From Camelus dromedarius (taxonomy: Eukaryota), in assembly GCF_036321535.1 (NCBI RefSeq), contig NC_087472.1, forward strand, positions 98,396,001 to 98,460,000: a stretch of DNA of 64,000 nucleotides, written 5' to 3'. A model generated the notes under the pieces. That model had not been told where the DNA came from. It searched no databases and saw nothing but the letters and a program-made list of their open reading frames with translations. Below are positions 60,288 through 64,000 of this stretch, in pieces; the first letter of the stretch is position 1; each line of letters starts with the position of its first letter. The position numbers were made by a program, and so were the translations under genes.

Positions 60288-62689
60288 AAGAAATATCATT
60301 TTCTTAAAAGCCTCCCTCTCTGTATCTGTCCATATATCTATCTTTTCCCATGAATCTAGGTAGTTGTCTGGAACTCTCCTAATGTTAGTGATAATTGCTT
60401 CTGGATAGTGTTTTATAGGTGACAGTCAACTTCCTTTAGTTTGTACTTTTCTAGATGATCTGAATTCTTCAAAATAAACATGGATTATGTTGATAAAAGA
60501 AGACTTAATTTTTCTTTAAAAAGAAAAAATAAAGAGAAGGGAAGAAAGCATCAATTGGGTGAGGGGAGAGAAAGAGAGAGAAACCATGGAAGTAGATATG
60601 GCAAGACATTAACAGCAGATTATTCTGGATGTGTAAATGTGGACAATTTCTATTACCTCCTTTATACTTTCTTGTTTTGTTTTGTTAGATTTTCAAAAGC
60701 AGTTTTGTGTGTTGCCAAGGACATGGGAGCTTTTGGTCTCTTTTCTCCCAAAGGACAATCTGAAGACTGGGACGACTATTAAGTGAGGGGTTGTAAAACG
60801 TTACTTTGCGAAGAGAGCTTCCTAACGAAAGGCTGAGACTGAGTCAATGGCACAGCCTCCTTTAAACTACTTGTGCTGAATCCCTGAGGGCGTCTGGGGT
60901 AAGTTTTGTGGGACAGGGATATAAATAATTAACTGCTCACATGTGTTGCTTCTTGTGGGTGAATCTACACTGGGTACATGGCTCGCTCAGTATACTTCTC
61001 CTGGCAAGCAGGTGGCCATCTAGGGCGATAACCCAGTGAAGCTCTAAGGATTTGAGCATGTTGACTTAGAACTAGTCATACGAACATGCTTCTATTTACC
61101 TGGGAAAATGCAGTGGCTTTAAGTTTTGTTTCTAGAGTTACCCTTTGAGGTTTATACCTGCAAAACCTGAAGATGTTCAGATGTAAGCCTTGTGTAAATT
61201 TTAAATATCTCTCTTGTAAAAACTAAGTAAATGTCAACTTAGAAGTTTCTGATATTGTAACATTTTCTTTAGAGAAATGTTAAGCTTATCATAAAAGGAA
61301 TTCTTGTGAGAAGAAAAAACCCAACTCTGTACTGTCTTTGGGAGGCCACTTAGAGCTATCAGGGGGCTTTTGTCTTTAACAGATTTCAGGGCGTAACAAT
61401 CCTGAGAAAGAAGCCCTTGTGTATAGTTCCAGTTTAGCACATTGCTTCACTATGGAAGAATAAATCAGTTAAAAAAGGAAATGAAATGCATTAAACAAAT
61501 GGAAAATTATTTTGTAAAATCCCAAGACTCAAATCAAAGAACCAGCAGATTCATGACAGCAGATCAAGGACTGACTAAATGACTAAATGGTTTGGAAATT
61601 TAAAGGCGCGCCAGGAGAGGCCACTAAGGAGTGGGAGTGAGCATGCCGTCACTGGTGTCATCCCATCAGAATACTGGAGCTGGAAGAGTCTCCTGCAGAA
61701 TAACAGAGGATGAGAAGTCACTTCCAGCCGCGAATGGAAAAGAGGACTTTGGACAGGCTGTCCTTTGGGCAAGGCCTTGTGGGAAATCGTCGGTTTCCAC
61801 ATAATGGGCAACAAGTTTCCAAGTAGAAGAATAGTTCTTATTTCCTATTTGGTGGAGGAAACTTGGGGCAATCCAGATATCTAGCAGTTTTGAGAAACTT
61901 GGTCTCAGCTCTAAAGGCACCAAACATCAGTGAGGCAAGACCTATCCCAATGGCTCTGAAGGCTGATTTCTTCCCAACTTTTGTGAGCTTAGGGACAATC
62001 TGGCTCAGTAGGTCCGGTTAACTCAAGAAAAGGACAGGCTGATAGCAGCTACTAGGTCTGGAGGCTTCCCCTTTCTAATAAGGCCCCTTGTACACCCAGG
62101 AACCTTCCACCATGTTACACAGTCGCATCTCCTGGCCCCCTGACTATAGAATTACAGTACGTGGAGCATCATGGGAAGGGAAGGATCCTCTATGGAATGC
62201 TGGCTATGGTCAGCAGTGCGACAATCTGAGTTCGGGGGGATTGCATGTGCTTTCCTCCTCTTTTATACATTTTCCTTCAATAAATGCAACTTTTTTTCTT
62301 GCACCATGCGTTGCTAGTGGTATGGGTCCTGACAATGGTTAGAAACTTGATTTTTTTAAAAGAGGGTTATCTTATGAAGCAAATGGTGCTTATCTAAGTG
62401 TACAGTGATGTTCCATGTTCCCATCTAAAAGCTTGCTTAAATTTACAGCCAGACTGAAGTTTCATCTGATGCATAATCCAAGTACAGCTGGTTAATGATG
62501 ACCTGGAGCAGGCACAGAACTTGATGCTTTCAAAGCTTTATTCCTCTTATGAGCACACCTGCAGGCTAGTTGCTCACAAATATGATCAGCTGAGTTTTCC
62601 AAAAGCCTAGTCAAAGAAGCTATCGCCAAATCTCATAATTCTACACTAAATCTTTCTGATTTGTTACAGTAATATCAAGGCAAGAGTCT

Positions 62690-63200
62690 TTGTTATCATT
62701 GATAATATTTTAAATAAAGTTGACCATTTTTCTCCATTGTAAAAGCAATAGTGTCATGGTAGAGAATTTGGTATATGTAGAAAAGCACTAAGAAAAAAAT
62801 ATCCCCTGTAATATTCCCCTGGATGTAACTACTCTTCATTTTAATGTATATCCTTTCAGCTATTTTTTTCTATGTGTGCAGATTTAGTTAAAATAATATT
62901 GAAGTTATGCTTTTGTAACCTTATGCTTTCACTTGACAATAATACATTATGGGCATTTTCCCATATCATTAAATATCTTACTAAAAATAATCTTAAAGGT
63001 TACCTAGTATTCTAGGATTTGGATCTTTCTTCAATTTCATATATTTAAAAATGTTTATAAATAATATAATAAACATCCTTATATGAAAATCTTGTATATT
63101 CTTGTGACTATTTCCTTAGATGAAATCCCTAGATATAGAACCGTGGGATAATGGGTATGAGTAAGTCTGAGGCAGCCCAATTATTTCCCCCTGGTAGATG
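62690..63200 (-). mobile_element. Ancient L1ME-type 3' fragment
   Basis: gcattttcccatatcattaaatat...aaacatccttatatg...tatttccttagatgaaatccctaga. Confidence 0.55.
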
Positions 63201-63719
63201 TTTTCATCAACTTCCTGAATACTTGAATTTTTTCTTTTTCAAAGTTCAAAAACTTAAAAACAGAATATATCTCAATGTTTAATGTTCTGTATCATATTTC
63301 CCTAGAATGAAGTGTAGCATTTCAATCAGAAAATTCATTTATTTCTTTCAGGGATTATTCTTGTATAATACTCACAAACATACCTCCTTGCACTAGCGGG
63401 CATCTTTATTTCAGGGTTATCAGTTGTCCTTATATTGGATCATCATTATCTGTCTCTCACATATATTCACTTCCTTTTAATTGTCTTTATCTCTTGTCCT
63501 TTCATCTATATTCCTATGATTATCCCAGGAATTTCTCTATAGTCATAAGTAGGTTTTAGCTAATAGCTTTATGAGTACTGAAAATATGAAAATCAAAAAT
63601 ATAAATGAGAAAAAATTACCTACAGTTTGCCCAGTTATAATTACTGATGATATTCTGGCTCATACCCTTCTAGACTTTTATTTTTATATTCAAGTGCTTA
63701 TATATATGCCTATCTTTAA

Positions 63720-64000
63720 AAATGCATTCTTTCTAATCTAGGAATTCCATTAATGGACTTTTCCTAAGGAAATAATCACACAGGAATGCAAAGATGTTTG
63801 TGTAAGGATGTTCTCTGTAGCTTAGTTTATCAGAGTGAAAACCTGGAAGTAATCTGAAAATCAGAAGCAGATTCGTTAAACTTTGCTATATTCATCTAAG
63901 TAACACTATACAAACATCAGAAAGGGTATATATAATTACATACATTTACTTGAGAATATCCTCAAAACATTAAATAAGAATTGGTTTTGAAACAGCACAT
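63720..64000 (+). mobile_element. Ancient L1ME-type fragment
   Basis: ggacttttcctaaggaaataatc...aaagatgtttgtgtaaggatgttc...gtttatcagagtgaaaacctggaa. Confidence 0.55.

Noticed and set aside
33300..64000. Next gene downstream of SMPX (KLHL34/CNKSR2 by human synteny)
   Set aside because: No CpG-island, kelch/BTB ORF or other recognisable exon is visible; it presumably lies beyond the window.

Overview
This is mammalian genomic DNA, very probably from a camelid (camel, alpaca or llama): it carries two tRNA-derived vic-1-type SINEs and young artiodactyl-type L1 3' ends. By synteny with SMPX it probably lies on the X chromosome. The only gene I can support is the 3' part of SMPX (small muscle protein, X-linked) on the + strand. 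It comprises the last coding exon (5249-5396, encoding [44 protein letters not shown]), a ~27.5 kb intron lying wholly in the 3' UTR, and a non-coding terminal exon (32853 to ~33285) with two AATAAA signals. The rest is intronic or intergenic and rich in old and lineage-specific transposon relics (L1, L2, MIR, MaLR/ERVL LTRs, hAT and Tigger elements), several nested and with readable target-site duplications (TSDs). The supplied ORF track is almost entirely spurious and misses the real exon. I found no convincing new biological system. The best leads are modest: a candidate spliced read-through exon just past the SMPX poly(A) site, a candidate poison exon and a G-quadruplex in the 3' UTR intron, a perfect 62-bp tandem duplication, two L1 inserts truncated at the same G-tract, and a chain of hAT elements. 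Repeat subfamily names come from recalled consensus sequences and their boundaries are approximate; confirm them with RepeatMasker/Dfam.
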